Positions 29,044 through 38,704 of a DNA stretch of 64,000 nt are shown here, in pieces. How positions within the stretch are numbered: the stretch's first letter is position 1; every line of letters begins with the position of its first letter. The stretch spans positions 3,121 through 67,120 of the forward strand of contig JBAZSF010000002.1 in the NCBI GenBank assembly GCA_041662525.1, given 5' to 3'. The position numbers were made by a program, and so were the translations under genes. A model generated the notes under the pieces. The model was given only the letters and a program-made list of their open reading frames with translations, did no database searches and was not told the DNA's origin. Source of the stretch: Minisyncoccota bacterium (lineage in GTDB: Bacteria; Patescibacteriota; Minisyncoccia; Phycocordibacterales; UBA9973).

Positions 29044-30741
29044 ATGGCTTTATTTGATGAAGAAAAACAAAATAAACAATTAGACGAATTGCATAAACAA
29101 GAAGAAGAGCAATTAGTAGCGACATTGGCAGAATCAAAATACGGTCTCCCTTATATTGATCTTTCTCGTTTAGGAATAGACAATGAAGCGCTTCGCGCAA
29201 TATCTGAAAAAGATTCTAGAGAATTAAACATAGCACCTTTTAAACTTTTTGGAAAAAATATTTTTGTAGCATTACATTCACCATCTGATGACCTTATAAA
29301 AAGATTAAAAGATGATCTAGAAAGACATAACCTCGTCCCAACTTTTTATATGGCATCTACGGCTAGTATAAATAAAGTCTGGGAAAGATATAAAGAACTT
29401 TCAATGGCAGAAAATTCAATAATCGGTGGAATAGATATTTCTGGAGAAGTTTTAAGAGAAACATCAAAAAAAATAGAGGAAATGCAGGATATTCAAAAAA
29501 TGGTTACCGAAGCGTTAGAAGGAAATAAAATTCATAAAATTTCTCGTTTACTTGAAATAATTTTAGCTGGTGCGATTGCCATCAAAGCTTCTGATATTCA
29601 CATCGAACCAGAACAAGAGAGGGGTAGATTGAGACTACGTCTAGACGGGATACTCCAAGATACAAACTTTTTTGGATTGGATGTTTACCATCTACTTAAT
29701 TCTCGTATCAAATTATTATCTGGTATGAAACTAACATCTAAAATAGCCCAAGATGGACGTTTTAGTATTGTTGAGGAAAAGGAAGAAATAAATATTCGTG
29801 TTTCTCTTATTCCTGGTGCTTATGGAGAATCAATTGTGATGCGTATTCTGGACCCGAAATCTATCCAAGTAAAACTCGACGAGATAGGAATAGAGCCTTT
29901 TCTTTTTTCCATAATCCAAGAAGAAATTGCAAAACCAAATGGCCTCATTTTAGTCACGGGACCAACTGGCTCTGGAAAAACCACCACTCTTTACGCCTTC
30001 CTTCGTAAAATTTATTCTCCAGAAATAAAAATAATAACTATCGAAGACCCAGTCGAATATCATCTACCAGGAGTAACTCAGACTCAAACAAATGAAGAGA
30101 AAGGTTATACCTTTGTTGAGGGATTACGTTCTGCTCTGCGCCAAGACCCAGATGTGGTGATGGTTGGTGAAATTCGTGATAAAGAAACAGCCGAAATTGC
30201 AGTCCAATCAGCACTCACTGGCCATATAGTTTTCTCTACTTTACATACCAACAACGCAGCCGGAGTTATCCCCCGTCTGATTGACCTAGGGGTGAATCCT
30301 AAAATATTAGTTTCTGCCTTGTCTCTTTCTATTGCCCAACGATTGGTTCGTAAATTGTGCACTTTTTGTAAAAAAGAAAAAATCCCCACTGAAGAAGAAT
30401 TGAAAACTATAAAATTAGTTATGGATAGTATCAAAAATGAAGGTAAAAATCTTACAAATTATAATATAAATCCCGATGCCCCAATAAAATTATTTGAAGC
30501 GGTGGGTTGTGATAAATGTAATATGACTGGATACAAGGGACGAATAGGTATTTTTGAAGCAATCAAAACTGACGAAGCGATTGAAAAAATAATGCCAGAA
30601 AATCCAAGCGAAAGAGAGATTAAAAAAGTGTCAGAAACACAAAGAATACTTTCTATGCGCCAAGACGGCCTAGTAAAAATGTTAAATGGTATTACTTCGT
30701 TCGAAGAAGTGCAGAGCGTAGTGGATCTAAAAGAAGAATAA
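29044..30741 (+). CDS. Type IV pilus assembly ATPase PilB/GspE family
   Basis: ASDIHIEP, GPTGSGKTT, LRQDPD, AQRLVRKLC, GYKGR. Confidence 0.92.
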   Translation: MALFDEEKQNKQLDELHKQEEEQLVATLAESKYGLPYIDLSRLGIDNEALRAISEKDSRELNIAPFKLFGKNIFVALHSPSDDLIKRLKDDLERHNLVPTFYMASTASINKVWERYKELSMAENSIIGGIDISGEVLRETSKKIEEMQDIQKMVTEALEGNKIHKISRLLEIILAGAIAIKASDIHIEPEQERGRLRLRLDGILQDTNFFGLDVYHLLNSRIKLLSGMKLTSKIAQDGRFSIVEEKEEINIRVSLIPGAYGESIVMRILDPKSIQVKLDEIGIEPFLFSIIQEEIAKPNGLILVTGPTGSGKTTTLYAFLRKIYSPEIKIITIEDPVEYHLPGVTQTQTNEEKGYTFVEGLRSALRQDPDVVMVGEIRDKETAEIAVQSALTGHIVFSTLHTNNAAGVIPRLIDLGVNPKILVSALSLSIAQRLVRKLCTFCKKEKIPTEEELKTIKLVMDSIKNEGKNLTNYNINPDAPIKLFEAVGCDKCNMTGYKGRIGIFEAIKTDEAIEKIMPENPSEREIKKVSETQRILSMRQDGLVKMLNGITSFEEVQSVVDLKEE

Positions 30742-30742
30742 A

Positions 30743-30779
30743 AAATTATGGCCAGCGACACCGAAGCGTCGCTGGCCAT
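30743..30779 (-). terminator. Strong hairpin terminator
   Basis: atggccagcgac accgaagc gtcgctggccat with T-run on the minus strand. Confidence 0.75.
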
Positions 30780-30792
30780 TGATGGCAGAGAA

Positions 30793-30927
30793 CTAAGAGC
30801 TCTCTGCAGTAGGTTTTTTTATTTTCTTTTTTTTCTTTTTTTTGATTGGTTCGCACATACGAACCACCCCCTTTCTTTTTAACTCTGGATTTCCATACGC
30901 CGGGTCATAAAAATATTCCTCGCACAT
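30793..30927 (-). CDS. Putative 44-aa basic peptide (not in ORF track)
   Basis: SD AAGGGAG, MCEEYFYDPAYGNPELKRKGVVRMCEPIKKKKKKKIKKPTAESS, downstream terminator. Confidence 0.35.
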   Translation of the reverse strand: MCEEYFYDPAYGNPELKRKGVVRMCEPIKKKKKKKIKKPTAESS

Positions 30928-31074
30928 ATTTACTCCCTTAAAAAACAAATTTTATTCTTTTAAAGAATACTTGCTTTATTTAATAATGTTAAATTTTTTA
31001 ACATTAACCTAAGGATTTTGACTTTTTGTAAAATCTGTTAAAATTCTAATATGACCCATTCAATAACTTCAGGC

Positions 31075-31100
31075 CTTCGCTCTGAGTCTCAGTCTCGAAG
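31075..31100. repeat. Short REP-like hairpin
   Basis: cttcg ctctgagtctcagtct cgaag. Confidence 0.5.
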
Positions 31101-31124
31101 AGGTCATGGTGATAAAATAGAACC

Positions 31125-31796
31125 ATGATCAAAATACAACCGATTGTACGAGATATAGTGCTAAAAGAGTTGGAAGCTTCTATTGCCCTATCAAATGGCT
31201 ATATGAATATGAGCAGTTATGCACATCGCATCCGTCCCAGAGTTGAAGCTCTTACTAAAAAACAAGTGACAATTACCAGCTTGGTGGTTTCCTTGTCACG
31301 CGTTCGAAAAGAATTAAAAAAAGAACAACCACTCATCTGGGATGTGCCTATAAAAAATATCACTACCAAACTTCCTTTATCAGAGATAATCTACGAAAAC
31401 ACAGATAAATTAATGGAGGAACTTGAATCACTTTATAAAAACATATCCGTATCGCAGGAAGATTTTTTTACTACTACCATCGGCACGGCTGAGGTTGATA
31501 TCATTTGTTCATCTAATTTAGAGAAAAAAGTATTGAAGCATTTTAAAATAAAACCAAAAATTATTAACTACAACTTAGCCGCCATTGGCGTTTCGTATGG
31601 TCCAGAAGTTTTTGGAATACCAAATGTTTTCTTCTCCCTTCTCTCGGTCACTGCTCGCGCTCGTATCAATATAGAAGAATTAGTTTCAACCCCCACTGAA
31701 TTAATTTTTATTATTGCCGAAAAAGATTTCGGGCAGACCGTCGCTTTGTTTTCTGAACTACACAGAGAAACAAATAAAAAAAGCATTAATCTCTAA
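31125..31796 (+). CDS. Hypothetical protein with C-terminal ACT-like domain
   Basis: INIEELVSTPTELIFII resembles an ACT C-terminal motif. Confidence 0.6.
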   Translation: MIKIQPIVRDIVLKELEASIALSNGYMNMSSYAHRIRPRVEALTKKQVTITSLVVSLSRVRKELKKEQPLIWDVPIKNITTKLPLSEIIYENTDKLMEELESLYKNISVSQEDFFTTTIGTAEVDIICSSNLEKKVLKHFKIKPKIINYNLAAIGVSYGPEVFGIPNVFFSLLSVTARARINIEELVSTPTELIFIIAEKDFGQTVALFSELHRETNKKSINL

Positions 31797-31924
31797 ACAA
31801 TCCTTTCAGAGCTGAGCTCCGAAAGTAATAAAATATTATAGGATGGCCCCAGAAACTAATAAAAGCTCCAAAACGTCCTATGCAAATTCATATAACCGGT
31901 GGCTGATTGCTTAGAGATTAATGC
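31783..31924. mobile_element. Rod-shaped palindromic element with unique head (D)
   Basis: 20-bp IR (1 mismatch) gcattaatctctaaacaatc / gattgcttagagattaatgc; internal hairpins. Confidence 0.7.
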
Positions 31925-32112
31925 CTTATTTAAATATCAACAAAAAAACTTCTAACAATATTATACTACATGCTTAGACAAGCAAATGCTATAATGTTGA
32001 TAGCTATGTTGATACCCTGTTGATAAATGTACTACATATATAACATAGCATATAATAAAATTAATGTCAAGCTCATTGTTCGCAAGTAAACAGAATCAAG
32101 TAAAAAACCCTT

Positions 32113-33126
32113 ATGAAACAAGACAAAAAACAAGAAACAAATGACGACTCCTTTTTAGACCAAACTCTCCGCCCTACGAAGTGGAATGAATATATTGGAC
32201 AAAAACATATAAAAGATAACGTTAAAATCCTGTTGCGAGCAGCCGAGGAACGTGGACACATCCCTGAACACATTCTTTTTTACGGACCTCCAGGGTTAGG
32301 CAAAACCACCCTAGCACACTTAATCGCTAAAGAAACGGGTAGACAAATGAAAATCACTTCTGGACCAGCGATTGAAAAAGTGGGTGACTTGGCTTCCATT
32401 CTGACAAATCTAGCTTCTGGCGATATTCTTTTTATAGATGAAATTCATAGACTTAATAAAATGGTGGAAGAAATTCTCTACCCTGCCATGGAGTCTGGGG
32501 TTCTAGATATAATCATCGGCAAAGGCCCATCAGCGCGCACCATCCAGCTCGACTTACCACCATTTACTTTGATCGCAGCCACTACGAGAGTCTCTATGGT
32601 CTCCTCCCCGCTTCGTTCTCGTTTCTCTGGTGGGGTTTTTCGATTGGAATTTTACTCCAATGAAGAAATTGGGGAAATAGTAAAAAGATCGAGTGGTCTT
32701 CTAAAAATAACTTTAGAAGAAGATGCTCTAAAAGAAATCGCTAAGAGAAGCAGGTTCACCCCCCGCACGGCAAATTATTTTTTGAAACGCTGTCGTGATT
32801 TTGCGCAGGTAAATAAAAAGAGTTTAGATCAGAAGACCATAAGAGAAGCACTCAACATGCTTGCTATTGATGACATTGGTTTAAATGCTTCAGATAGAAA
32901 ATTTTTAGAAATATTAATTGAAAAATTTGGGGGTGGGCCAGTAGGATTAAAAACTATCGCTGCGGCGATGTCGGAAGAAGAAGCCACGGTAGAAGAAGTC
33001 ATCGAACCATATCTAATCCAACTCGGCCTCCTAGAACGCACTGCCCGCGGAAGAATGGCTACCAAGAAAGCATATGAGCATTTAGATTTTGACTTACCAG
33101 AAGAAAAACAAAGTAAATTAATTTAA
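32113..33126 (+). CDS. ruvB: Holliday junction branch migration helicase RuvB
   Basis: LRP, GPPGLGKTTLA, FIDEIHRL, EPYLIQ. Confidence 0.97.
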   Translation: MKQDKKQETNDDSFLDQTLRPTKWNEYIGQKHIKDNVKILLRAAEERGHIPEHILFYGPPGLGKTTLAHLIAKETGRQMKITSGPAIEKVGDLASILTNLASGDILFIDEIHRLNKMVEEILYPAMESGVLDIIIGKGPSARTIQLDLPPFTLIAATTRVSMVSSPLRSRFSGGVFRLEFYSNEEIGEIVKRSSGLLKITLEEDALKEIAKRSRFTPRTANYFLKRCRDFAQVNKKSLDQKTIREALNMLAIDDIGLNASDRKFLEILIEKFGGGPVGLKTIAAAMSEEEATVEEVIEPYLIQLGLLERTARGRMATKKAYEHLDFDLPEEKQSKLI

Positions 33127-33394
33127 TACAAATAGAAAAAGCCGCCAGTGCTTCTTCAAATTAATGAAAATCTTTACGACTTAGAAATTAGGTCTAAAAG
33201 ACCTAGATAAAAATGGTTGGGGCCTCTCAGGACCCCAATTAACCACGAAAAATACGGGTCTCTCCTTTCTTTAAGGGGCAATTTTGGGAGAACCTTAAGA
33301 ACTTAAAAGAACAAGTTCACCCAATCTGTTTTTAGAATATAGAAAATAATAAAGAAAAGCAAAAAAGTTATCCCCATGCTAAACTTTAATCATC

Positions 33395-33877
33395 ATGAGA
33401 ATTTTAGGAATAGATCCTGGATATGAGCGATTAGGAATAGCTGTTTTAGAAAAAACTCCTAAGGTAAGTCCTAGGGAACAAGTGATTTTTTCTGAATGTT
33501 TTAAAACTTCAGCTAAATTAGAATTTAATGAAAGATTATTTTTAATCGGTGAAGAAGTAAAAAAAATAATTAAAAAATACAAACCAGAAGTTTTAGCTAT
33601 AGAAACTTTATTTTTAAATACTAATCACAAAACTGTGATGAAGGTCGCTGAAGTACGCGGAGTGGTGATCTACGAAGCCACCTGCGCTGGATTGAAAGTA
33701 TTCGAAGCTTCTCCACCCCAAATAAAAATAGCTACTACTGGCTATGGAAAAGCTAACAAAGAACAAATAATGAAAATGGTAAAAATTTTAGTGGATATAG
33801 ATAATTCTAAAACATCAGATGATGAATTGGACGCTATCGCTATCGCCTTAACTGCATCTGCACACATGAGACTTTAA
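33395..33877 (+). CDS. ruvC: Crossover junction endodeoxyribonuclease RuvC
   Basis: ILGIDPG, AIETLF, TGYGKA.K.Q, DDELDAIAIA. Confidence 0.95.
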   Translation: MRILGIDPGYERLGIAVLEKTPKVSPREQVIFSECFKTSAKLEFNERLFLIGEEVKKIIKKYKPEVLAIETLFLNTNHKTVMKVAEVRGVVIYEATCAGLKVFEASPPQIKIATTGYGKANKEQIMKMVKILVDIDNSKTSDDELDAIAIALTASAHMRL

Positions 33878-34444
33878 ATATATTAATTTATAAAGGTTTT
33901 AATACACAAAATCGTTGTCGCAAAAACAGAAATAATCATTCTTTTATTGATTGTTTTGCCTTTTACCATTAAGCCACTGCTAGTGATCATCAAAAAAGCA
34001 TTGCATTTTTTACATGGATACTCTTCAAAGTCATGTGGATATGAAATTTTACATTTACTAAAGTGAATCATTTATTTAATATTATTTTTGAATAAAGCAA
34101 AAAAAACACCACCTGCTCGGTGGTAGAATCTTGTGAACAATCCAAAACGGAGGCTAAAGATGAAATTCAAGATTCATTTATTATTTTATTTTAACAACTT
34201 AACAAAATGAATTAAATATTTATTAATTTTTTCTCATACTCGTAAGTTCTATTTATCTATAATAACAAATTTTTCTAAAAAACAAAAATAATAAAGTTTT
34301 TTATTTTTTAATCATATTTTTTCTACTTTATTCACGATTAATTATCGTTCCATCTTAAGTTATCCACACATGCTATTGCCAAGTTTTTTATATTTTGATA
34401 CAAAGTAGGCATTAGTAGTTTATTTAATAAAAAATAATTTTTTT

Positions 34445-34573
34445 ATGTATGAAGAAGATGAAGAAATAAAGGATAATTTTAAAGGAGGAGTAGATGAAGA
34501 TGAACCCTTAGATATGCTGGATGAAATAAATGATTTTAGTTTAGACGAAGAAGACCCAGACAGGGATGGATAA
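34445..34573 (+). CDS. Small highly acidic protein, 42 aa (not in ORF track)
   Basis: MYEEDEEIKDNFKGGVDEDEPLDMLDEINDFSLDEEDPDRDG; upstream TTGCCA-17-TACAAA, downstream terminator. Confidence 0.65.
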   Translation: MYEEDEEIKDNFKGGVDEDEPLDMLDEINDFSLDEEDPDRDG

Positions 34574-34583
34574 GATTGTAAAG

Positions 34584-34614
34584 TAAAAATCCGCCTTTTA
34601 TGGCGGATTTTTTA
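34584..34614. terminator. Bidirectional terminator
   Basis: aaaaatccgcc ttttat ggcggattttt. Confidence 0.85.
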
Positions 34615-35802
34615 TTATTTTATCTTTATAAATCTATGCTTACCGATTTTATAAACAGTTTTTAAAACTTTTGATTCTGAATCGTTGACTTTTTCATTCT
34701 TTTCCATATCGGTTATTGCTCCTTCTCCTATTAATCTCCTAAATTCTGTTTTAGAGCTAACTATTTTTCCTGAAATCAATACATCCATAAGTTTTACTCC
34801 GTCTTCTGCCTTAACCTCTAAAATATCGTCTGGTATACCTCCTTTTGCAAAAGTATTTACAAAATTTTCCTCAGCTTCTTTTGCTTTTTTTTCTCCGTGG
34901 TAAAAAGAAACTATTTCTTTAGCTAATATTTTCTTAAAAATCATAGGGTTTTCCCCAGATTTTACTGCTTGTTTCATTTTTTCTATTTCTTCCATTGACA
35001 CGCGAGTCACTAATTCAAAATAGTCGAATATAACATCATCAATAATAGACATAATTTGCCCATACATTTCAACAGCATTACCTGAAATAGGTATAAAATT
35101 CTTCAAACTCTTTCCCATTGGTCTACCATCAGACCCAAGTAAAAGTTTCATAACCACTGCGCATTGCGGAACAAGCTTAAAAGAAGGCATTAAGTGCCTG
35201 CCAGCCAAAAGATTAAAGGTCTGATCGGTACCACCAAGCTCAACATCACAATTGAGTGCTACTGAATCGTATCCTTGCATTAAAGGATACATAAATTCAT
35301 CTAACCCTATTGGTTTTCCAGACTTAAAACGAATCATAAAAGACTCCCTGTCTAGCATTTGAGCAATTGTAAATTTCTTAGCCAAATTTATCACATCATT
35401 AAAATTTAAGTTTTTAAGCCATTCAGAATTATGTCTTACTTTTGTTTGTTTTTTTATTACTGTTTTGAAAAATTGATCCTGATAACTCTTTTCCATCTTT
35501 TTTACATCTTTTAGAGTTGTCTCTTCTCTCATATCAACTTTATCTGAATGATCACCAACCAAAGTTGTAAAATCTCCTATAATGAGAGTAACCTTGTGTC
35601 CGAGTTCCTGAAAATCTCTAAGTTTTCTATGAATGACCGAATGCCCAAGATGCAAGAAAGACCCAGTGACGTCTGTTCCTAATTTAAAATGTAATTGTTT
35701 ACCACTTAAAAGTTTTTTCCTAAGTTCTTCTTTGGTAAAAACTTCATGGACCCCACGGCTTAAAATTTCATCTATTTTCTTTTCATCTGTTATAACTTTC
35801 AT
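34615..35802 (-). CDS. tyrS: Tyrosyl-tRNA synthetase
   Basis: HLGH, YPLMQGYD, GGTDQ, PMGKS, S4 domain; start moved to MKVITD. Confidence 0.95.
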   Translation of the reverse strand: MKVITDEKKIDEILSRGVHEVFTKEELRKKLLSGKQLHFKLGTDVTGSFLHLGHSVIHRKLRDFQELGHKVTLIIGDFTTLVGDHSDKVDMREETTLKDVKKMEKSYQDQFFKTVIKKQTKVRHNSEWLKNLNFNDVINLAKKFTIAQMLDRESFMIRFKSGKPIGLDEFMYPLMQGYDSVALNCDVELGGTDQTFNLLAGRHLMPSFKLVPQCAVVMKLLLGSDGRPMGKSLKNFIPISGNAVEMYGQIMSIIDDVIFDYFELVTRVSMEEIEKMKQAVKSGENPMIFKKILAKEIVSFYHGEKKAKEAEENFVNTFAKGGIPDDILEVKAEDGVKLMDVLISGKIVSSKTEFRRLIGEGAITDMEKNEKVNDSESKVLKTVYKIGKHRFIKIK

Positions 35803-35842
35803 ATTCATGGATTCTACCACGTTTTCTGCTATGATTAAAGGA

Positions 35843-38383
35843 ATGCAAAAAATATTAAAGAAATTCAAAAAATTGTTTAAAAATAAAAGGTTCTTGAGGA
35901 ATATACTGCTATTATCCGCGGGTGTTTCTATACTAATGTTTGGAATACTTGTTATTTTACTATCTTCTTTAAATATTCCTGATTTAAATTCATTTGAGGA
36001 GAGAAAAATCATGAACTCTACTCAGATTTATGATCGTACGGGGGAAATTTTACTTTACGACATACATCAAGATATAAAAAGAACAGAGATCCCTTTTGAA
36101 CAAATGGGTTCAAGCATAAAAAATGCGACTATAGCTATCGAAGACGCTGAATTTTACACTCACAGTGGAGTCAAAATAACTTCTACCATTCGAGCTCTTT
36201 TTTCTAATTTATTTCATTTTGGAATAGGAGGCGGTGGCTCGACGATAACTCAACAATTGGTAAAAAATACTCTTTTAACGACAAAAAGAAGTTACGTCAG
36301 AAAAATAAAAGAATGGGTTTTGGCAATCAAGATAGACAATTCTATGTCTAAAGATAAAATCTTGGAAGCTTACTTGAACGAAATTCCTTATGGAGGAACT
36401 ATTTACGGTATAGAAACTGCCAGTAAAACTTATTTTAATAAAACTGCATTTGATTTAACATTAGCAGAAGCTGCATACCTAGCTTCTATCCCCCAGTCGC
36501 CGACCACTCTTTCACCTTATGGTAAGAATAGGGCTAAACTGGATGCCAGAAAGAATTTAGTATTATCCAGAATGTTAGAGTTGAAATTTATTACCAAAGA
36601 ACAATACGACCAAGCTAAAAATGAAGTGGTAACTTTTATTCCACAAGCTATATTGGGTATCAAAGCACCACATTTTGTTTTCTGGATTAAAGATTATTTA
36701 GAACAAAAATATGGAGTTGATATGGTAGAAAATGGTGGACTCAAAGTTACCACTACCATAGACGCAGATCTACAAGCCAAAGCAGATCAAATCGTAAAAG
36801 ATGGCGCATTACAAAATGAAAAAGATTGGAATGGAAGCAATGCTGGATTGGTGGCAATAGACCCAAAAACAGGGCAAATTTTAACAATGGTCGGCTCAAG
36901 AGATTATTTTGATAAAACCATTGATGGTAATTTCAATATAGCAACAGCTACCAGGCAGCCCGGGTCCTCTTTTAAGCCCTTTATTTACGCTACGGCCTTC
37001 AATAAAGGTTTTACCCCAGACACAGTACTGTTTGACCTACCAACAGAATTTCAATCAACCTGCAACGCCTACGGCAAGGCCCTACCTGGATACAACCAAC
37101 GAGATTGTTACATGCCAAGCAATTATGATGGAAAATTTCGTGGGCCGATGAGTCTACGGAATGCATTAGCACAATCAATCAACATTGTAGCAGTAAAACT
37201 TTTCTACTTGGCAGGACTTTCTGATTCATTAAAAAAAGCAAAAGATATGGGGATCAGTTCTCTAAAAGATATCAATCAATACGGTCTCACTCTCGTTATT
37301 GGAGGTGGAGAAGTTTCACTTTTGGATATGACTTCAGCCTATGGAGTCTTTGCAAACAATGGGATCAGAAATCCTTATACTGGAATTTTAAAAGTGGAAG
37401 ATTCCCATCAAAAAATTCTAGAAGAATTTAAACCTACAGCACAAGAAATCTTACCCAAAAACACTACCTTAAATATTTCAAATATTCTTTCTGATGAAGA
37501 AGCTCGCCAACCAACTTTTGGAGTACACTCTGTTTTATATATTCCCAATAAAGATGTGGCTGTAAAAACTGGAACAACAAACGACAACAAGGATGCTTGG
37601 ACCATTGGGTATTCTCCGTCTATTGTTGTGGGTGTTTGGGCTGGTAATAATGACAACAAGCCAATGAAAAAAGGTGGGGCAGCAGTAGCAGGGCCGATTT
37701 GGAATAAATTTATAAATGAAGCATTAAAAATACTCCCTTCTGAGAGTTTTGAAAAACCAGACATGGAAACTGATCCGACTAAAATAAAACCAGTTCTCCG
37801 TGGATTTTGGCAAGGGAATGAAAACTTCTTTATAGATAAAATTTCTGGTCTCTTGGCAACTGATAATACACCAAAGGAAACCTTGCAAGAAAAAATAATC
37901 ACCAATGTGCATTCAATTTTGTATTGGGTGGATCGAGATGATATCTTGGGGCAAGCCCCCTTGGGGGGAGGAGACAATAATTCTCAATTTAATCATTGGG
38001 AAATACCTGTCCAAAACTGGTGGGCACAAAACAGAGGAAATTATCCGACAACAACTTGGAGCGAAAAACCAATTGCAGTAGACAATGTGCACACTGATTC
38101 ATCAAAACCAATAGTCTCGATTCTTGAACCAAATAATACAACCACCTATTCCCCTGACCAAAAAATAAATTTAAAAATTTCAAGTTTTGGAATTTTTCCT
38201 TTACAAAAAATAGATATTTTTATAAATGGAATATATTTAGAAACTATAACATCTCCTTTTAATTTTTCTTTTACCCCAAAAGATTTAGAATCTATACAAA
38301 GTGAAAATGAATTAAAAATAATTTCTTATGATACTGTTTATAACAAAAGTGAAACCAATTTAATTTTTAAAGTAAACCAGTAG
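35843..38383 (+). CDS. Class A penicillin-binding protein with C-terminal Ig-like domain
   Basis: AIEDAEF, GGSTITQQ, QPGSSFKP, AQSIN, KTGT; start moved to MQKIL. Confidence 0.93.
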   Translation: MQKILKKFKKLFKNKRFLRNILLLSAGVSILMFGILVILLSSLNIPDLNSFEERKIMNSTQIYDRTGEILLYDIHQDIKRTEIPFEQMGSSIKNATIAIEDAEFYTHSGVKITSTIRALFSNLFHFGIGGGGSTITQQLVKNTLLTTKRSYVRKIKEWVLAIKIDNSMSKDKILEAYLNEIPYGGTIYGIETASKTYFNKTAFDLTLAEAAYLASIPQSPTTLSPYGKNRAKLDARKNLVLSRMLELKFITKEQYDQAKNEVVTFIPQAILGIKAPHFVFWIKDYLEQKYGVDMVENGGLKVTTTIDADLQAKADQIVKDGALQNEKDWNGSNAGLVAIDPKTGQILTMVGSRDYFDKTIDGNFNIATATRQPGSSFKPFIYATAFNKGFTPDTVLFDLPTEFQSTCNAYGKALPGYNQRDCYMPSNYDGKFRGPMSLRNALAQSINIVAVKLFYLAGLSDSLKKAKDMGISSLKDINQYGLTLVIGGGEVSLLDMTSAYGVFANNGIRNPYTGILKVEDSHQKILEEFKPTAQEILPKNTTLNISNILSDEEARQPTFGVHSVLYIPNKDVAVKTGTTNDNKDAWTIGYSPSIVVGVWAGNNDNKPMKKGGAAVAGPIWNKFINEALKILPSESFEKPDMETDPTKIKPVLRGFWQGNENFFIDKISGLLATDNTPKETLQEKIITNVHSILYWVDRDDILGQAPLGGGDNNSQFNHWEIPVQNWWAQNRGNYPTTTWSEKPIAVDNVHTDSSKPIVSILEPNNTTTYSPDQKINLKISSFGIFPLQKIDIFINGIYLETITSPFNFSFTPKDLESIQSENELKIISYDTVYNKSETNLIFKVNQ

Positions 38384-38624
38384 GTGTTCTTTTACCAAAA
38401 GATTCTTTAAGTTTTAGAAAGATTTTATTTTGCTTAAGGAAAACTTCGTTTTTATAAATTGGTTTAATATTTAAATAAATTATATTATTTTTTATCTGAA
38501 CATCTTCTGATTTTATTTCTACTTTAATAACTTCAGAGATGGTTTTTCTAATAATTTCTTTTTTCCCTTCGGTAGAAAGAAGAATATTATTAAATCTAGC
38601 TAATAAGTCTTTGATTTCAATCAT
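38367..38624 (-). CDS. Small hypothetical protein after dnaN (possibly DciA-like)
   Basis: Clean ORF following dnaN; family call is inference. Confidence 0.5.
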   Translation of the reverse strand: MIEIKDLLARFNNILLSTEGKKEIIRKTISEVIKVEIKSEDVQIKNNIIYLNIKPIYKNEVFLKQNKIFLKLKESFGKRTPTGLL

Positions 38625-38627
38625 GTG

Positions 38628-38696
38628 TTAGGCTCTAGGCATCTAGGCTCTAGGCTTTAGCTTTGGTTCAGCTAACGCCTAAGGCCTAAAGCCTAA
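38628..38696. repeat. Palindromic array of TAGGCnn heptamers
   Basis: (taggctc)-like units followed by inverted (gcctaa) units. Confidence 0.75.
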
Positions 38697-38704
38697 TTTA
38701 CTAT

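Noticed and set aside
33883-34071. 62-aa ORF after ruvC
   Set aside because: AT-rich region, no SD or family motif; cannot be supported.
35633-36012. Long overlap of tyrS and PBP ORFs
   Set aside because: Artefact of longest-ORF starts; plausible starts 35802 and 35843 do not overlap.
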